The notes beneath the pieces are model-generated. The model searched no databases and had not been told where the DNA came from. It was given only the letters and a program-made list of their open reading frames with translations. Of a stretch of DNA of 64,000 nucleotides, positions 12,773 to 24,244 are shown one piece after another; within the stretch, counting starts at the first letter, position 1, and each line of letters starts with the position of its first letter. Made by a program: the position numbers and the translations under genes. Source of the DNA: Prasinococcaceae sp. CCMP 1430 (taxonomy: Eukaryota > Plantae > Prasinodermophyta); the NCBI GenBank assembly GCA_013416795.1, contig RQSC01000008.1:70767-134766 (forward strand). The letters run 5' to 3'.

Positions 12773-15700
12773 GCGAGTCTGGGGCGGCCGGCGCCAACGG
12801 CGTTGAAGCGCTCGACGCCGCGCTGGCCCCGCTGCGCGACCTCAAGTCTGAGCTCGATGCGTACCGCGAGGAGCTCAAGCAGCAGCAGGCGAGGACGGCG
12901 CAGAGCAAGGCGGAGGCGGACGCGGCCACCGAGGCGGCGTACGCCGATGTCAGCGGCGAGGCCGACAAGCTCAAGACAGCGCTCGAGGCCGCGCGCGCGG
13001 ATGCGGAGGCCAAGGCGGACGCCCTCGAGCGTGCCGAGGACGGCACGCGCGAGCTCGCGTCCACCATGGCGCAGCTCGGCGAGAGCTACGAGAACATGCT
13101 GGTGGCCATGCAGGGCGAGATGGTCGAGGCGATGAGCTCCGCACTCGGTGACGGCGTCAACGGCAGGAACGGCGCGAACGCCGCAGCTGCCGCCGAGGCC
13201 GCCGTGGCAGTCGCCTCGGCGGAGGCGCGCGCAATGGCCGCCGACGAGGCGCTGGCGATCGCCGAGTGCGAGCGCGACGAGCTGCAGGTGGCGAACACGA
13301 GCCTCGCCACCCAAGCGCTGCGTCTCGCGCTCACCGCACCCGACATCGCCAGCGGCGAGGTCGACGCCGGAGCGTTGCGCGAGTGGCAGGAGGCCGCCGA
13401 ACTGCTCACCGAAGAGGCCGAGGAGGAGGTGAAGGCGTCCGGAGCGGACGTCGAGGCCGTCCGGGCCGAGGTAATGGCCGGGCGCGCCCCGAGCGGCCCG
13501 CTGGGACTGGTGGAGATGCTGCGCGGCGCGCTTTCGCAGTCTGCGATAGTTCAGTTCGCCGGCAAGATGCTGCCCGAGGTCGCCCCGGTCGCCCCGCCCG
13601 ACGCCGACCTGCAGGCCGCGCACGCCGCCGAGGTCGCGGCGCTCCAGGCCGTCGTCGAGGCGAAGGACAGCGAGATCTCTTCACTGCAGGAGATCGTGGA
13701 AGGGCTGGAGAGCGCCAAGTCGACCGAGGCTGCGATCGAGACTGTGGCCATCAGAAATGCGAAGGAGGCCTCCAAGGACGCGCTCGAGCGTGCGATGGGC
13801 GCCGAAAAGGGCGCGCGCGCTGCGCTCGAGCGGGCGACCGCCGCCGAGGCCGGCGAGGCGAAAGCGGTGGCCGCCTTCAAGGAGGCATCCAGCCAGATCG
13901 CCAAGCTCTCCGCCGACAAGGCCGAACTCGAGGCCGCCGCCGAGGCGGCAAAGAAGGAGGCCGCCGAGGAGACGAAGGCGGCCATGGCCGCGCTCACCGC
14001 GGACAAGACCTCCAAGCAGGCGGCCAAGGTAGTCGTGGTGGCCGCGCGCGAGATGAAGCGCGCCGAAGCCGCCGAGGCGGCGTCGAAGGAGGCGCACAAG
14101 CTCGCCAAGGAAGCCGAGGAGCGCAAGGAGGCTGCCGAGAAGGAGGCTGCCGACGCGCTCGAGCGCGCCACGGATGCCGAGGCCGATGCCAAGGAGGCGT
14201 ACGAGCGCATGAAGGTCGCCGAGGCTGCGGTCGCCGCGTCCGAGGACGCGCTCAAGCGCGCGTCCACCGCGGAGGCAGAAGCGGAGGCGTCCGCCCAGGC
14301 GGCGTCCATCGCGGTCGATGAGCTGACTGCGGACAACGCCAAGCTGCGGGAGGAGACGGAGGCCGCAGAGAAGGCCATGGCCTCGGCGAAGAAGGCCGAG
14401 GAGGCGCGCAAAAAGGCGGAAGAGGACGCGGCCGACGCGCGCAAGGCGAGCGTCGAGGCGGCAGTCGTCGCCCAAGAGGCGGAGGACGACGCGCGCCAGT
14501 TGCGCGCGGAAGTGGCGACGCTGCAGGTGAAGCTCAAGGTCGCCGAGGAGGACCTCTCCACCGCCGAGGCGGGGCGTGCGTCGCAAGCCGCGGAGATGAG
14601 TACGCTCGAGAAGAAACTGACGGAGGCGCGGGACGAGCTCGCGGAGGCCCGCAAGGCCGCGTCAGACCGCGCGAAAGAGTCCGAGATGGCCGAGCAGGCG
14701 AGCGAGAAGGCGTACGCAAAGATCGCCCCACTGCGGGTCGAGCTGAAGGCGGCGAAGAAGGAGGTGGACAAGTACACAAAGGAGCTCAAGGAGACCTTCG
14801 ACGAGCTCAAGAAGGCCTCCGACACGCTCGCGCTCGAACGTTCCCGGACGACCGAACTCGAGGGGGACCTCGACGCCGCTCGCGGCGAGGCGAAGCAGAA
14901 CGCCCTAGCCGCCGCGCGCGCGCTGAGCGTCGCGCGCGACAGCGCGCGCGCTGCGCAGTCGCTGCAGGACGACGTGGGCTCGGCCGTGGAGGTCATCAGC
15001 ACCGTGCGCGAAGAGGGCAAGGGCGACACCGCGCGCGCGGACGAGCTGCTCGCGAAGCAGTCGGAGCTCCGCGCGACTGTGGATACCCTGACGACGGAGG
15101 TCGACCAGGCCACGCGCAGGGCGGAGGGCAGCGAGACGCGCGTGTGCGAGCTCGAGGTCGAGGTGGAGCGGCTCAAGGACGCCTTGGAGGGCGCTGAGGC
15201 GAAGTCCTCCGACGATGACAAGGAGGCGGCCGCGTCAGAGGCGCGGCTCGCCGAGTCGCTCGGCACGGCCGAGAGCGCGCTCGAGGAGGCGTCGAACCGC
15301 GTGGTCGAACTCGAGGCCCTCGTCGGCCTCTGCCGCGAGGACGCGCAAGACGCTCAGGCGGCGTTCAAAGAGAGCGAGGAGAGGCTCGCCGAGGCCGAGG
15401 CCGAGGCAGAGAAGACGCGGAAGGAGGGCCAGACGGCGCTGGAGGTGCGGGCGCGCGGCTCGCGCTCGCGCTCGCGCTCGCGCCTCGCCGCGCTGCTAGC
15501 CAAGCGAATGTGCGCGTGCGCGTGCGCGGTGCGGTGCGCGAGGACTGACCGCTCGCCACTCCCGGCCCCGCGCCAACGCAGGCGTCCGAGCGCGCGCAAG
15601 ATGAGCTGCGCGCCACCCTGGAGAAGATGCAGGCCGAAGTGAGCAAGCTGCGCGACTCCGTGTCCTGCGATGAGGGCGAGGACGGGGGCGACCCCGAATG

Positions 15701-15950
15701 CAAGACGACTCTCGTCATTGCCTCGGATGATGTGGCCGAGCTCGAGGCCGAGCGCGACGCTGCGCTCGCCGTGCTGGGGGACCTGCGCGCCGAGCTCAAG
15801 GCGGCCACCGGGAAGTCCTTCGACGCGGGCGAGAAGGGCGAAACCTCCGACGAGGGGGAGGCGCCCGCGGAGGGGGGCGAAGCGCCGCGCAATAGCCTGC
15901 GCGGCCGCCGCGGCTTCGGCTACTTTGGGCTGAAGAGGCGCTTGAAGTAG
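12773..15950 (+). CDS. Long Ala/Glu/Lys-rich coiled-coil protein, about 1000 aa; first exon not resolved
   Basis: Heptad-like helical composition throughout. Likely acceptor at 12772. Intron 15445-15581 joins ...TALE to ASERAQDELR... in frame. Stop at 15950. Confidence 0.75.
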
Positions 15951-16034
15951 TGTGGGCGGCGCGTGCACGGCCCGTGAGCGTAATGCAACGGGCGATTTTG
16001 GTACATTTGGAAGGGCCCCCAAGCGCGGGCGGCG

Positions 16035-16904
16035 TCACTCGTCCTTCTTGTCCCGGGCGGGTTTCTGCGCGCCGCCGGCCTTCTTGGCCTTGCCGGCGGC
16101 GGCGTGCGCGGCGGCCTCGGAGCGCTTGAGGCGCTTGTCGAGCTCGAAGCACGCGGCGATGTGCTTCTCCGTGAAGCGCGGCTTGGAGATCTTGCCGTCC
16201 TCGAAGACGTGCGGGATGCGCCCCAGCTCGTCGCCGCCCTGGAAGAGCGCGATGGTGGGCAGCTGCTTGGACGTGACCCCGACGCTCACCTTGTGCTTCT
16301 CCGCGAGGTGCGGCCACCGGCCGACGTCGAGCTTGCCGAAGCGAAGGTCCTTCGAGGAGTACTTGTTGGAGAGCGCCGCCATGAGCGGCTCGATGTGGCG
16401 GCAGCTGTGCGCCCAGCCGGCGTAGAACTGCACCACCCAGCCGCAGTCGGCGCGCCCGTCGACCACGAGGTCCTGGAACGAGCCCGGCGTGAAGTACTCG
16501 ACCTTGGTGGGTCCCTCGTACTCGGGCTGCGGCACGGACACGAAGAGCGCCGCGACGGCGACGAGGCCCCACACGAAGGCGGCCGTGTCCAGCTTCCAGC
16601 ACAGCACGAGCATGGCCACCTTGGCGAGAATGAACATCTGCGAGACGAAGGCGTCCGGCGTGGAGAAGCGGTACATCTTGGTGATGCCGTACAGCGTGAG
16701 CGTGCCGAGCGCGCGCTGCTCCCAGCCGCGCAGCTCCTCGAGCGCCTCGCCGAGGCTCTGCGGCGTGACCGTCGGCAGCGCCGACTTGCGCGCGACGGTC
16801 ATGAAGCGCAGCGCCGGGTAGGCGAGCAGCACGGCGGCGTTCAGCACGTAGTAGGCGCCCAGGAAGCGGCTCGAGGCGCCCAGGCACCGCTCGACGAGCC
16901 CCAT
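16035..16904 (-). CDS. TMX2: Thioredoxin-related transmembrane protein 2-like
   Basis: N-terminal hydrophobic segments, PQPEYEGP, WVVQFYAGWAHSC (SxxC-type non-redox site), LRFGKLDVGRWP, SKQLPTIALFQGG. Confidence 0.87.
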   Translation of the reverse strand: MGLVERCLGASSRFLGAYYVLNAAVLLAYPALRFMTVARKSALPTVTPQSLGEALEELRGWEQRALGTLTLYGITKMYRFSTPDAFVSQMFILAKVAMLVLCWKLDTAAFVWGLVAVAALFVSVPQPEYEGPTKVEYFTPGSFQDLVVDGRADCGWVVQFYAGWAHSCRHIEPLMAALSNKYSSKDLRFGKLDVGRWPHLAEKHKVSVGVTSKQLPTIALFQGGDELGRIPHVFEDGKISKPRFTEKHIAACFELDKRLKRSEAAAHAAAGKAKKAGGAQKPARDKKDE

Positions 16905-18285
16905 CGCGTCCGCCGCGGCGCGGCGCGGCCGCCGCACCCCTTGCCCCCCCCCTCCTTCGCCTGCGGCCGCCCGAGTGGAGCTCGGTGCTCTACCTGGACG
17001 CGTACGAGCCCCCAGCCGCGCGACTCCTGGCGGCGGCGGCGGCTACGCTCGGCGGCGGCCGCGCCCCGCTGGCGCCCGCGCCCCTCGCGCTCCAACCAAC
17101 GCAGACCCTAATACCTCCGGGCCCCCCACCCCGGCCTCCCCCGGTCCGGCCGGTGCGCTGGCGTGGCATCGGCCATCGATTTCGAACCGGCCGGGGGGGC
17201 GATGACCCGATCTGAAGCACGATCGATGAGTGGGGACCGGGGACTTGACAAAACGAAACCCTGTTCACGCGAATGAGTCTACCCTAAACCAGACCCTAAC
17301 CATGCTTTTTTTTTTCGGTTCGCGTTTCGCGTTCGGCGGCGCCGGCGCCCCGGCCAACCGTCGTTTCCGCCCGAGTGCCCCCTCAAACGCGAAGGGGCCG
17401 CGACCGCGATTTCGAATTCGAGCGCGCGCGCGCCCGCGACTCTCGGCTGGTGGGCGCCCTGGCATGGGTCCCAGCCGCGCGGCCGCGACGTCGGCTGGGT
17501 GGGCAGGCGCGGCTCGATCGATCGAGAGAAGCTGCCGAGCCTGGCCGTCGAGCAGTCAGCGCGCGGGCAGGAGACAGGCAGGAGGCAGACGGGTGGGTGA
17601 GGGGACAGCAACGGTCCGCAGCGCACCATCCATCCATCCCCCACTCTCCTCCATCCCCTGCCTGTCCGTCCGTCCGTGCCCTTCCGTGCCTCGCCGCGCC
17701 GTGCCGCGGCGCGTCGTGCGATTTTCGCGCGCTTTTTCTCACCCACCCAACCGTCCGTTCGACGCGCTTTTTGGCCTGGCTGGCTGGCGCGGTCGCGGTG
17801 GGATCCCCTCCCGTTGATTGCGTCTGTCCTCGCGCCCTTTCCCCTCCTCGCGCGCGCGCGAAGATCCGATCTCTTTCGAGGCTCGTGGCCCCGCGCGCGC
17901 GGGCCCGCTGCCTCCGATTCGCAGCCGGTGGCTCTGCTGCCCCCTCGGTCGGCCGGGCCGCCTCGCCTCCCGCCAGCGGGCGAGCGGGCGGGCCCTCGCG
18001 GACGATGGGGGACGGCGCGCCGCCCGTCGACCGCGCGCGGGGAAGCGCGCGCGCCAAACCCATCGTTTGATCTGGCGGGCCACCCCACCGACAGACCGAC
18101 AAACGCACACACACAATCAGAACCTCGAAACGCATGAGAGCCTGCAAGTAAGAAGAAGTGCGCGACGGGCGGCCAGCCAGGTGGAAGTCGCTGAGTGGCG
18201 CGGTGGGCGCCCCGCGCGCGCGCGCGTCGCGCGCGCCCATCGGAATGCAGGCGGGGCGCGCGCGCGAATGAGCGGGAGCGGGAGC

Positions 18286-18998
18286 NNNNNNNNNNNNNNN
18301 NNNNNNNNNNNNNNNNNNNNNNNNNNNNNNNNNNNNNNNNNNNNNNNNNNNNNNNNNNNNNNNNNNNNNNNNNNNNNNNNNNNNNNNNNNNNNNNNNNNN
18401 NNNNNNNNNNNNNNNNNNNNNNNNNNNNNNNNNNNNNNNNNNNNNNNNNNNNNNNNNNNNNNNNNNNNNNNNNNNNNNNNNNNNNNNNNNNNNNNNNNNN
18501 NNNNNNNNNNNNNNNNNNNNNNNNNNNNNNNNNNNNNNNNNNNNNNNNNNNNNNNNNNNNNNNNNNNNNNNNNNNNNNNNNNNNNNNNNNNNNNNNNNNN
18601 NNNNNNNNNNNNNNNNNNNNNNNNNNNNNNNNNNNNNNNNNNNNNNNNNNNNNNNNNNNNNNNNNNNNNNNNNNNNNNNNNNNNNNNNNNNNNNNNNNNN
18701 NNNNNNNNNNNNNNNNNNNNNNNNNNNNNNNNNNNNNNNNNNNNNNNNNNNNNNNNNNNNNNNNNNNNNNNNNNNNNNNNNNNNNNNNNNNNNNNNNNNN
18801 NNNNNNNNNNNNNNNNNNNNNNNNNNNNNNNNNNNNNNNNNNNNNNNNNNNNNNNNNNNNNNNNNNNNNNNNNNNNNNNNNNNNNNNNNNNNNNNNNNNN
18901 NNNNNNNNNNNNNNNNNNNNNNNNNNNNNNNNNNNNNNNNNNNNNNNNNNNNNNNNNNNNNNNNNNNNNNNNNNNNNNNNNNNNNNNNNNNNNNNNNN
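18286..18998. other. Assembly gap (N run) hiding the 5' end of the RSH2/3 gene
   Basis: 713 Ns. Confidence 1.
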
Positions 18999-21116
18999 CG
19001 GTCGCTCGAGGTGGGCTCGCTCGGGCGCGCGCGGGCCTCGGCCGGCCGCAGCCCGCTGGGCATGGGCGGGGGCGACGGCTCGTTCTCGAAGTCGCCCTTC
19101 GGAGGCGCCCTGTCGATGTCGGTGCCCTCCGGCGGCCCGGCCGCCGGCCGACGCCGCGCGCCCAGCGACCCCGTGTGGAAGCCCGCCCGGGTGCGGAGCA
19201 CCGAGGCGGAGGCGGGCGCCGGCGCGGGCCTCGACGAGGCGGGGAACTCGCCGGCGGAGTACGGCGACGAGGGCTCGAGCCTGGCCTCCGAGGCGCTCGC
19301 CGCCGCGCGCAAGCAGCGCGCCAGGAAGGCCGCCGAGGAGATCAAGGCCGAGCTCGCCGAGGCGTCCAGGCGCGCCCCGCTGCTCGCGGAGAGCAACGCC
19401 GTGCGGCGCGCGTACGTCTTCGCGCGGTCGGTGCACGAGGACGAGAGCGTGGCGCGGGCGGGCGGGCGCTTCGCCGCGCGGAACGGCGAGACCTACGCCG
19501 CCATGTGCATCGGCGTCGCCGAGATCCTCGCGCACACCGGCATGGACGAGACGACGGTCGCGGCCGGCATGCTGCACGCGGCGCTCGACCACTCGATGTG
19601 CACGCACTCCGACCTCTGCAGCACCGCTGGCGCCGACGTGGCGGGCATTGCCGCGCTCGCCGCGCGCGCCGTGCGCGCCACCGAGCAGCAGCTGCCCAGC
19701 ACGGACTCGGAGGAGGGCCTCCTCATGGCCGAGCAGCTGCGCGAGATGCTGCTGGGCATCGACGACGCGCGCGCGATGCTCGTGGCGCTCGCCGTGCGGC
19801 TGCACGAGCTCCGCAACCTGGACGCGTGGGGCGTGTCCGCCCAGGACCAGGTCACGCTCGCGCGCGAGACGCTCGCGCTGCTCACGCCTCTCGCCGACAG
19901 CATCGGCGTGTGGGGCCTCAAGGCGGAGATGGAGGACCTGTGCTTCCGCGTCGTCGAGCCCGTGGCGTACGAGCACCTGCGACGGGACGTGGGCCGCCTG
20001 ACGGACACGCAGCGGCAGGGCGTCGGCGCGGAGGTGCAGCGCATCGCCGACGAGCTCGACGCGCGCGGCATCCCCTACGAGGACATCCACGGCCGCAAGA
20101 AGGGCCTGTACTCCATCTGGCGCAAGATGTGCGCCAAGGGCAAGCGCGTCGACCAGGTGCTCGACAAGCGCGGCGTGCGCATCATCACGTCGACTGAGGA
20201 GGACTGCTACCGCGCCATGGCGGCCATCAAGGACGTGTACCAGCCGATCAAGAAGCCACGCAAGCACCCGACGGCCGACCCGGACTCGGCGTACCGCGTC
20301 AAGGACTACATCGCCAGCCCCAAGCCGAACGGGTACCGCTCCATCCACGCCACCGTGGCGATGATGCCCGGCGGCGAGACGCTCGAGGTGCAGGTGCGCT
20401 CGGCGGAGATGCACTTCGCCGCGGAGTGGGGCATGGCCGCGCACTGGCGCTACAAGGAGGCCTCGGCGGGCGCCGCCACGGCCGCCGCCTCGCAAGGAGA
20501 GGGCGGCGCGCAGGCGCAGATGGGCAGCCGCAGCTCGCTCGACCGCAAGGTCACGTGGGCGCGCTTCATGCTGAGCCAGTACACCGAGTCCGTCTGCGGC
20601 AGGGAGCGCCTGCAGCGGCCCTCCACCGGCGCGGCGCGCCAGGGCGGCGGCGGCGGCGGCGGCGGCTCGTCGCCGCTGGAGACTGCCGCCGCGCGCGCTC
20701 TGGAGGCCGAGGTCGGCGCGCCCGCGTCGCAGGAGGCCGAACCCGTCCTGGTGATCGAGCGAGTCCGCGGCGCGCCCGTCGCCGTGCGCACCCTCCCACC
20801 GGGCGCGACAGCGGCCGACCTGCTCTCCTCGTCGCCTGGTGACATGGGGCGTGCGCGTCTGGTCGTGAACGAGACGCACGTGACCTCGAGCGGCGCGCAG
20901 GCGAACGTGCAGCTCTCCACTGGCGACCTCATCGAGTGGGAGGCGGCCTCCGAGTCGGACGGCGAGGGCGAGGATCGCGTGCTGCGATCGCTGCGCTCCA
21001 ACACGAGCGACATCGACCACGCCACGCTCGTCGAGGCCGGCCGCCGCGCCTGCGCACGCCGCGCGCGCGCCTACCGCACGGCTCTCGATAGAACCGAGAT
21101 GCAGGGCGCGCTGTGA
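18999..21116 (+). CDS. RSH3: RelA/SpoT homolog, plant RSH2/3 clade; intact ppGpp synthetase, degenerate HD hydrolase; 5' end in gap
   Basis: Synthetase motifs HGRKKGLYSIWRKM, LDKRGVRII, VKDYIASPKPNGYRSIH, LEVQVRSAEMH, AEWGMAAHWRYKE. RSH2/3-type tail (RKVTWARFML, PVLVI..LPPGATAADLL..LSTGDLIE). HD site reads MLHAALDH. Confidence 0.92.
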   Translation, partial: RSLEVGSLGRARASAGRSPLGMGGGDGSFSKSPFGGALSMSVPSGGPAAGRRRAPSDPVWKPARVRSTEAEAGAGAGLDEAGNSPAEYGDEGSSLASEALAAARKQRARKAAEEIKAELAEASRRAPLLAESNAVRRAYVFARSVHEDESVARAGGRFAARNGETYAAMCIGVAEILAHTGMDETTVAAGMLHAALDHSMCTHSDLCSTAGADVAGIAALAARAVRATEQQLPSTDSEEGLLMAEQLREMLLGIDDARAMLVALAVRLHELRNLDAWGVSAQDQVTLARETLALLTPLADSIGVWGLKAEMEDLCFRVVEPVAYEHLRRDVGRLTDTQRQGVGAEVQRIADELDARGIPYEDIHGRKKGLYSIWRKMCAKGKRVDQVLDKRGVRIITSTEEDCYRAMAAIKDVYQPIKKPRKHPTADPDSAYRVKDYIASPKPNGYRSIHATVAMMPGGETLEVQVRSAEMHFAAEWGMAAHWRYKEASAGAATAAASQGEGGAQAQMGSRSSLDRKVTWARFMLSQYTESVCGRERLQRPSTGAARQGGGGGGGGSSPLETAAARALEAEVGAPASQEAEPVLVIERVRGAPVAVRTLPPGATAADLLSSSPGDMGRARLVVNETHVTSSGAQANVQLSTGDLIEWEAASESDGEGEDRVLRSLRSNTSDIDHATLVEAGRRACARRARAYRTALDRTEMQGAL

Positions 21117-21482
21117 GCTGCGCTCCGAGACCATCCAGCCATCCACCTAGCCATTCCTGCATTGCGCGCGGTGCCCGCACGGTTCAGGCGGCGCTGCGGC
21201 GGGCATTGGTGCACCACGCGACTCAACTTGCATGCGCAAGCACGTATCCGCAATACGACACGCACACCGTGGCCACCCACCACCACCACCACCACTACGC
21301 ACGCACACGTCACGCGGCCGCATGGCCGAGACCACCCTGTACACACTACGCCTGTCTGTACGATTACTCGAGAGAACAGTAAAATATGGCAGTCATAGCA
21401 CTCCCCGCTCGTGCGCAGGCGGCGCCTTGCCTTTGCGTGCAACGGCGGCGTGCTCGCATAATTATGGAAAAAGTTACATGGC

Positions 21483-23453
21483 TCAGACGCCGCCGTCCTT
21501 GCCTATGTCGGCGATGTCAGCGACGGTGCTGATATCGAGGTTCCTCGCCGCCGAGACGGTGGCGGCGAGCGGCTGCACGGCGAACGCGAGCCGCGGAAGG
21601 GAGTCGGAGTCGGCAGCGGCCCTGGCGGCGGAGTTGACCGCCGCTGCGGCATCCTCCGCAGCGTCGGCGTTCTGCGAGACAGCCCACTTGACCAGTCCCT
21701 TGAGCTGCTCAAGCATTGTGCCGCCGCCCGCGTACGCGCCGTTCGCGCCCAGCAGCTTGAGCTCCTCTTGCACGCCACGCGTCTCCGCGCGCACCTGCGT
21801 GCGCGCGGCCGCCACCTCAGCGGCGCTCGCCTTGTCACCCTCGTCCACCTCGAGTGCGACCCATGTGTCCCACACGGTCATGTTCGTGCGGTCGATGCGC
21901 AACGCCGCCTTGAACAGCTCGCGCGCGACCGTCACGCTGCCCGCCGCGCGCCACTCCAGCGCGCCCCAAGCATGCAGGACCCGCGCGCTCTCCTTGCGGC
22001 GCGCATTGCCGAGAAGGCCGCGCCGGAAGAGTTCGCGCGCGCGCTGCACGTCGCCCTTGCGCCATTCGTACACCCCCCATGCCAGCCAGGTCGGCACGTG
22101 GAAGCTGTCCGCGACGATGGCCTTGCGGAACCACTCGCGCGCGCGCCGCGCGTTGCCCTGACGCGCCTCGAGCAGCGCCATGGCCTGGCGCAGCGAGGCA
22201 TCGCGCGGGTTGAGCTCAGCGCCCTGCCGCAGGTGTTCGCGCGCCACGTTCTCCCCGCGGCCCCACTCTGCCTCCCACTTCGCGAAGTCCAGCCACAGGA
22301 AGCGGTTCTTCGGCGACGCCGCCAGGCCGTCCAGGTAGATGCGCTCGGCGGCCTCGTGGTCCCCAAGCTCGGCCTCCATCTTCGCCCACGCGCAGTAGGA
22401 CGGCGCGGAACCGCGATCGAGGGCCACCGCACCGCGGAAGTGTGCGCGCGCGTCCTCGGGTCGCCCGGCCTCGTACTCGAGCATGGCGAGGCTCTGCTGC
22501 AGGAACTCGCTGGGCGCGCAGCGCGAGATGCCGCGGCGGTAGATCTCCATCGCTCGCGCCTTGTCGCCGAGGCGCTCCTCGAGCTTGCCGAGCGCGTGCC
22601 ACCCCGGGGCATGCCCGCCGTCGGCGGCGATGGACGCCTCAAGGCACTGCCGTGCTCGCTTGGTGTCACCGGCGCGCTCCTCGAGCACCCCCAGCGCCTG
22701 CCACAGGTGCGCGTTCGAGCCGCCGCACAGCGCGCAGCCGTCCTCGAGCCACTTGCGCGCGGCCTCGACGCGGCGCGAGCCGTCGCGATCTCGCTGGCGC
22801 TGCTCGATCTGCGCGAGCGCCACGTACGCGCGCCCGTCCTTCGGGTCCAGCCGAGTGCAGCGGATGTATAGCCGGCGCGCGAGCTGCACGTCCCCCGCCC
22901 GGAGCGCGCTGCGCGCGCGCCACACGGCCAGGTCGACGTTCACCTTGAGCGGCCGCCGGCTGCGCACCGCGCCGTCCACGTCGCCCTCCAGGAAGGTTCG
23001 GATGGCCGCGGCCGAGTCGAACACCTGCCTGTCGGGCGACGGGGAGAGGTCCAGCGAGTATCGGGCCTTGCCATTGTCGCCGTCGGTGCCGCCGCCATTG
23101 GTGGGAGCGCCGCTGCTGCTGCTGCTCGTGCTGCGGCCGCCGCCGCTGCTTCGGTCAGCGTCGACGGCGACGACGAGCTCGGCCGCTCCGAGGTTCGCGG
23201 CCGTGGTTCCTCCCACTGCCTCTCCCTCTTCCACCACCTCGCGGCTCCCCCCCTCTTCGGAGGCGTCCTGGCGCCGCGCTGCGCCGCCCTCTTGCACCTC
23301 TGGCGCCTCGGCCTCACCTGCGCCGGCCTCGACGTCCGTCTCGACCCATGCGCGCGCAGGCGGCGCTCCGGCGCGCCGCCGGCCGCTGCGTGGCGCCTTC
23401 GTCCCCACCGAGGGCACCGTCCTCGCGCCGCGCGCTCGTCGCGCTCCCTCGCG
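21483..23453 (-). CDS. MBB1: HAT/TPR-repeat chloroplast psbB/psbH mRNA maturation factor Mbb1/HCF107-like; 5' end truncated at the N at 23454
   Basis: KVNVDLAVWRAR..LYIRCTRLDPKDGRAYVALAQ, NAHLWQALGVLEERAG, HVPTWLAWGVYEWRKG, VLHAWGALEWRAAG..ARELFKAALRID. Arg/Ala-rich acid-poor leader resembles a transit peptide. Confidence 0.84.
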   Translation of the reverse strand, partial: REGARRARGARTVPSVGTKAPRSGRRRAGAPPARAWVETDVEAGAGEAEAPEVQEGGAARRQDASEEGGSREVVEEGEAVGGTTAANLGAAELVVAVDADRSSGGGRSTSSSSSGAPTNGGGTDGDNGKARYSLDLSPSPDRQVFDSAAAIRTFLEGDVDGAVRSRRPLKVNVDLAVWRARSALRAGDVQLARRLYIRCTRLDPKDGRAYVALAQIEQRQRDRDGSRRVEAARKWLEDGCALCGGSNAHLWQALGVLEERAGDTKRARQCLEASIAADGGHAPGWHALGKLEERLGDKARAMEIYRRGISRCAPSEFLQQSLAMLEYEAGRPEDARAHFRGAVALDRGSAPSYCAWAKMEAELGDHEAAERIYLDGLAASPKNRFLWLDFAKWEAEWGRGENVAREHLRQGAELNPRDASLRQAMALLEARQGNARRAREWFRKAIVADSFHVPTWLAWGVYEWRKGDVQRARELFRRGLLGNARRKESARVLHAWGALEWRAAGSVTVARELFKAALRIDRTNMTVWDTWVALEVDEGDKASAAEVAAARTQVRAETRGVQEELKLLGANGAYAGGGTMLEQLKGLVKWAVSQNADAAEDAAAAVNSAARAAADSDSLPRLAFAVQPLAATVSAARNLDISTVADIADIGKDGGV

Positions 23454-23454
23454 N

Positions 23455-23763
23455 TTCGGCGAAGCCACCCAGGTAAACCTGACTCCCTTGGGCCCAGCAG
23501 TAGGCCTCGAAGCGCCCCGTGCGCACGTGATGTGTCACGCCACGAAAGCGCGAAGTTGCGCGCGCGTGCCTGGGAGAGTGCGCTCCGGCTGGGGCCGCGT
23601 TGCCAGCCAGCGCCAGCTGCGCATCGCCAGTCGTGAACGGGACGTCAGCGATTGGCGCGTCGACCGCGCCGATGTGGCGCCCTACCGCTGCCGACTTGGC
23701 CTTCTTCTCCCTCTCACCGCCCACCTCTTTGCCCGCGCCGTCCCTCTCGCGCTTCTTTGCCAT
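23455..23763 (-). CDS. AP2/ERF DNA-binding domain protein; 3' part lost at the N at 23454
   Basis: MAKKRERD (NLS-like)...TSRFRGVTHHVRTGRFEAYCWAQGSQVYLGGFAE matches the first two-thirds of an AP2 domain; the AAxAYD helix is missing. Confidence 0.8.
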
Positions 23764-24244
23764 ACTCGCCGCGCCCGCGCCCTCACTCGCACCGCCCGCG
23801 CCCGCCCTGCGCCGCGCCGCGCCGGGCGCCGCGCCGCCTTCCGCCGAGCGGCGCGGAATCCGGCCTGCGGCACCTGTGGATTCAATGAGGGATTCGGGAA
23901 TCAAGCGTGGTGAAAGGACTTCTGCGAACGACGGGGATTCCGCGGTCCGGTTGGGATTCCGAGCGATCGCGCGAAGGAGCGGATCGCGCGCGGCGCGCGC
24001 GGCCCAACAATAAGGGTAAATACACGGAAAGAGGGTCTATGGGAGGCACAGGAATTGGGAACGAGGCGTCGCGGACAGAGGCGCCGCAGTGGAGCGAGCG
24101 CACCACGGGGCCGTGGCAGGCGAGAGCGCCGGCGCGGCCACGGGTGGCGGGCAGGGGCGGCGCGCAGCCGACAGTAGGCCGGGAGGGGGCGGCGCCGGCC
24201 GTGGAAAACACGTATGGTCGTATTACGCACCAGCGGGCGGGGGC

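Noticed and set aside
23314-23468. AP2-HAT fusion protein as a firm call
   Set aside because: The junction is exactly a single N, the frames differ and the AP2 domain is incomplete. A collapsed gap is the simpler explanation.
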